52,642 nucleotides of DNA from the NCBI GenBank assembly GCA_013115125.1, contig JABANN010000032.1, positions 62,001-114,642 on the forward strand, written 5' to 3'. Source of the DNA: Perkinsus olseni. Its lineage: Eukaryota. A program made the position numbers and the translations under genes. Positions 48,383 to 52,642 of this stretch are shown here, one piece after another; within the stretch, counting starts at the first letter, position 1; the number at the start of each line of letters is the position of its first letter. The notes beneath the pieces were generated by a model, which was not told the DNA's origin, ran no database searches, and saw nothing but the letters and a program-made list of their open reading frames with translations.

Positions 48383-50999
48383 CAAGGCCTTGAAATTATC
48401 AAATTCGCCCGTCCCCGCAGCTTCCATGATGTTGGCAAACCTAGCGCCGTGCTGACAACAGATGTGGGTCACCAAGTCCGTCGCACGCCCGCTCATCTGC
48501 AAACGTAAAAAAGCACTGTGTCTATGGAACTGACTGGTTCAGCCTAGCTCAAGAGCTGAAACCGTTCACAGCGGGCGAGGCCGCCTAGATCGATGTATCC
48601 TTCTACTCTCGTTTGAACGAGCAGCCGAAAAGAGTGTCACGATTTTATCGCTCATGCGAAGAACGTACGCTGAAGAAGCCACTCGCCCGAATTGGCTCAC
48701 CTCAGAAGAGCATATTAATCCACCACTATGAGCCACTATGCTGCACAACCTTGAACGAACCAGCGAAGGTCCCTCCAACCCGATAAGATGATCGAACATT
48801 CTGATAGCCTCAGTAGTATTGTCGGTAAGTAATAGCATATCCCCCAGTACCCGATAGGCGTCCTAAAAGTACCACTATGATTTGCACTATAGTTTAGAAA
48901 TGATAAACGAAAGCCTGTGGCATCTGATATCGCAGAAGGCAGCTTACTAGGGCATGACGAGCGTCCGGTTCCGCCCATTCTCTACCCCGTTAGCAGACCC
49001 ACCTCGACCTTTCGGAGCCCTCCAAAGACCTCTCTAGGTATACCAGAAGGTATGCTGGAGTCAGTAGGCCTCGGCCCTTGGCCAGCCATCCATCCCATCT
49101 CAGTAAGTAGCTTTGCAAGAGTGTCCCTGATGGCAGATGCGCCGACGCGGGCATGTAAGCTCCATGGTGGGACGAGCTGCTCGGGGCGTTATTTCTCGCC
49201 GTCTGAGAGCGTATTCGCCTGTCTCACCTGCCTTTGTCCAACCCGTTCCGGGGGATGCCATTGAGGGCCGGTCCCGACAGGTCCGTACTCTCTGAGGCAG
49301 CGAAAGCTGATGCTCATTTTTAGGATGACAAAAGCTCCTCACGTCGTCCGCTAGAGGCCTCTTCGCTCTCTTTATAGCCAGCCCATCTCTCAGGCAAGCC
49401 CCCGGCTTCCATGCCACTACCACATCCCGCCTGTCGCACCTTACAATTGTCATCAATGGCTACTACGCTGGAGGCGCGACCTGACCCATTCTTGTTCAAG
49501 CAGAATAAACCGAGCGACCAACCCACTCCGTTGAGTCCCTGGCGGCACGGTGCTCCCTCGTCGATGAGCCTCCATCGCTTGAACCCTGAGCCTCTTAGCG
49601 TTCGGTTCGATCGATCTTCTCGAGACGGGGGGCGGCAAAGCAACTCGAAGGAAACGAATAGCGGAAAGAGAATAACTATCTCTTACTAGGAGGATCGTCC
49701 TCTTGGACGCATCGAAGGATTAGTCGGTCGCCGTCCTTCACACCGCATCTACCGATCTGCGGCACGTACGAAACGTAGCAGGAGAAGCTCTGGGGCTCTC
49801 CGAGCTTCGGCGCCGAGCGTAATGATTTCTACCTACCCCTCCGCGGAGATCGAGCACGTCCATGCCCTTCCTCGGCCCCTCCAGCCAAGTGAGCCTCCAG
49901 CTGTCTTCGCGATACTGACAATCAGCTTTGGCGCCACTTAAACGGAAATATCTCCGGGCGATAGTCAGCAGATAACAGAGTGGGTTGCTCCTGATAACCA
50001 CGCTGTAGCTACGCAAAGGAGTCCTTCACTAGGACTTCATTACGCATGGATCGAGATCTCTTTAGTCGACTGAGTTCGTTGAGCATACTTCTCGCGGCAA
50101 TTAATATACACATGCAGTAGGCTTTCTCCGGAGTTACCACTTGGAGGAGGAGGAGCCATAGCGAACAGAAATAAAGTTGCAGTGGACTGAGGGCACTCAA
50201 GAAAGCTCCCGACACGAACAGATGAGGGAGTGCAAGACTGGGTACGCTCCAGCAATTTGCTGGCAGCAAAGTCTCAGTTGGGTGCAAGTCCCGGGAGGGG
50301 AAGACAACGGCTGGAAGATGAATTCTGAATAGAAGAAGGCCGACCTCAGCGATGATCTCGAGTAGCCGGTAGCTCGTGAGCAGTTGTCTTAAACCGCCAG
50401 GGCCTCCGCGTTGAGATGAAAGTGTTCAGAGACGGATTGTCGAGAGTTCCCATAGTGAAGCAGACTCGCGCCCATCAGATGAGGGTACCCGGGAGGAGCT
50501 ACAGTCGAGGGCGCGGAGCCTTAGTTCGAACATTGATGGACCTTGGGGGGCACCATAGAGAGTTTCTATTAGGAACTCTTGAGGATAGGATACAGAATTA
50601 GGGAAGGCATCCCGCAGAGGCTGGCTACCAATAAGCAAAGGGACACGGAGCGACTCCGTTGGAGTTGAACTGAGCCTGATGCAGGAAACAGTCTGTCGCC
50701 GATTCACAGATTAACCGAACGTACAAACCACTAAAGAGGAATATGATAAGAAACGAATCATAAGAACAACTTCATCGTCACCGAGTCATAGCATCGACAC
50801 CTCAGCGATCCGGCATAGTTCCTTGAGCTTTGCTTTGCACAACTTAGTGCACATAGCATGCATTCCTGGGCACGCCTGCTGCAGAGCTGAGGGCTTATCG
50901 AGGATGCTCTGAGAAGAGACAGACGAATCGCCGATGATTTATTGGCTCCCCCTTGAACATAGAGTGAAAATTGAAGCAGAGAAGAGACTCAATTCACCT

Positions 51000-52140
51000 C
51001 TCATGAGCACTGTAGTTCAAAGCAGACCATTGGCGGTCTGTAACCAACGCAGAGCACAGGAGGGTCTTTTCGAGCAATCAGTGACCCTCAATAGGGTAAT
51101 AATCAGTGAAAGAGAACGCCCGGCCATCGTGATGTTACAGAGCATCCGAAACTCACCTCAACGAGATCCTTGAACTCCTGAAAGCTCTTGAGAGGCTGCA
51201 AGGAGCTGTCAAGCCGTAGGCGGACAGCCTCGAGTTGAGGTCGACAATGCTCAGAGACACGCTGTTGGTTTACTTCGTACTCCACCAGGCTTTGACAGAT
51301 GAGCTGAAGGAGGATGGAAGAGCGCATCAGGACACATGGCTGTTCATGCCAAGGACCAGCATCAAAGACTATTGGACACCGCAACTAAGGCGAATTTGCG
51401 AACCCCTTCGAACCAAGGAGGAATGCCCGAGGTGAGTTGCGAGAAGAGAGCTTGCTCACTTTGGCAGCCGCTCTCCACCCTCGGGCTCCTGTTTGCGATC
51501 CGAGTGCCACAAAGAGCGCTCGTTGTACTCTCGGCAGGGGTACATCCTGGTCGAGGTTCAAGAGGAAGGTTCGCAAGGCCGCTTGGAACTCCTCCATGCA
51601 GCCCGCCTTCGCCCGCTCGACAACGCTATCAAAGCGCCTGTCCGGCGAGCTCACCAACCCCTGCAACTGGCTGAAGGCGAGAGAACAGGTCTGAAGAGGG
51701 GCAATACCGTAAACTACAGCGCGACGAAATCTATCGAGGAGAGCATCCTCACGACTCACCTCAACGGGCTGAGTATCGTCCAAGCCCCCACACAAGCTCA
51801 CTATGTACGACAGCTTAGTATTGGTGCAAGGCACATCAGTCCTGACTGCTGCCCTCAACACCTCCTTCGCCTCATCAACTCTACCCGATAGCAGGAGCAG
51901 ATCTCCCAGCATGGATCGGGCCTACGACAAAGACGATCGAGCAACGAACTACAAAGCAGCGGGCTACCTCGAGAAGTCGGCGTTGATCGTCAAGACCATC
52001 ACTGCCGGACGAGACGTTGCTGTCGGGGTCAATGTGGCCCAAGCATAAGTCTAGATTAGTCTGTGCTTCCCTTACACAGTCCTCGTGTCGCTCCATTTCG
52101 AGCAGGCATATAATCATCTGGTACCTGGCACCAAGCTCCC
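51000..52140 (-). CDS. TPR-like family paralogue D (5' part unresolved)
   Basis: YQMIICLLEMERHEDCVREA; MLGDLLLLSGRVDEAKEVL...LSYIVSLCGG; RRFDSVVERAKAG...LFVALG...GWRAAAK followed by an intron. Confidence 0.6.
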
Positions 52141-52569
52141 TGGAGAGAAATTCAATTCCCGGGCCCTCGTGAGCTCAGAATTTCTAAACTCGCGAGATTC
52201 AGGAAATGGGACTGTGAATCAAAAAGGCCACTGAGATATGCGAGCACGGCAGGAGATCTGCCGTCAAAAATCTGCGGCAACCACCGCTCCGTAGATTACC
52301 GGCAGTCGTACAGCATCTCCCAGCGCATCCCTTGGACACCACTGGTGGTCGCCAGACTCTCACGGAAGGTCTCCACTGCTTTGGCGAACTGATTGTTATG
52401 CATCTGTTCCTCCGCTTTACGCCGCAGCCTCACTAACACAGAGATATTGTACTCACCAAAAAGTACGAATGAGAGGGTAGCTAGTCCTCAGTCGGAAGCT
52501 AACCCCGCGCAGGTTCGATCCCTGGTTACGGCATGGAGCGCGAGAATCCCAGGTACCCTAGCTCACCAT

Positions 52570-52642
52570 TAGAGGTGGGCGACAGTACGGGTACGGTCTA
52601 GTACGAAGTACGGTACGGGTACGAGTACGGCTCCGTACCCGT
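52570..52642 (+). mobile_element. Probable hAT-type transposon terminus with GTACG(G) subterminal repeats, truncated by the window
   Basis: TAGAGGTGGGC followed by about 7 GTACG/CGTAC copies in both orientations within 60 bp, resembling the TAG-starting TIR plus short subterminal repeats of Ac-type ends. The other end is not visible. Confidence 0.5.

Larger units (their letters stand above)
46330..50170 (-). pseudogene. TPR-like family paralogue C, disrupted by a Tc1 insertion and a 32-nt foldback insertion
   Basis: Blocks closely similar to paralogue B (MLNELSR.K.S; LGDMLLLTDNTTEAI...LCSIVAHSGG; HGARFANIMEAAGTGEF; ATENGMPIGRPFEEALKSVARDL). Interrupted at 46695-48285 and frameshifted near 48330-48360. 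Confidence 0.75.

Noticed and set aside
52512-52533. GGTTCGATCCCTGGTTACGGCA resembles a tRNA T-arm and acceptor 3' end
   Set aside because: No matching 5' acceptor strand, D-arm or anticodon arm upstream. The context (CTAAC...CAG before, AG|GT after) looks more like a small exon.
1-52642. CRISPR arrays, rRNA, prokaryotic operons or an alternative genetic code
   Set aside because: No repeat-spacer arrays or rRNA seen. Conserved genes (RPL32, YKT6, pyrophosphatase) translate with the standard code once introns are removed.

Overview
Gene-dense eukaryotic nuclear DNA with many short (about 40-60 nt) GT-AG introns. Gene style suggests a Perkinsus-like alveolate (inference). Recognisable genes: an intronless secreted C69 dipeptidase, a GT90/CAP10 glycosyltransferase whose 1.8-kb intron holds a decayed hAT transposase, a truncated Ser/Thr kinase, YKT6, a CtIP/Sae2 homologue, a secreted Cys-repeat protein of about 1570 aa, an RRM-like protein, a soluble pyrophosphatase, KH-domain protein(s), RPL32, a DEDDh exonuclease and four paralogues of a TPR-like family. 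Mobile DNA: a 595-bp MITE, a defective Tc1 (DD34E) element inside one paralogue, and a probable hAT end at the right edge. The most striking signal is a recurrent stereotyped scar, X[1-7]+revcomp(X)+X[2-8] for an arbitrary 8-mer X. I found 6 perfect copies, 5 near-perfect copies and 3 long-armed variants by eye. It fits hairpin-mediated excision footprints of an 8-bp-TSD (hAT-type) transposon, and it accounts for frameshifts in the Tc1 transposase, a TPR paralogue and probably a secreted-protein gene. Exon boundaries were read by eye and are approximate unless stated.
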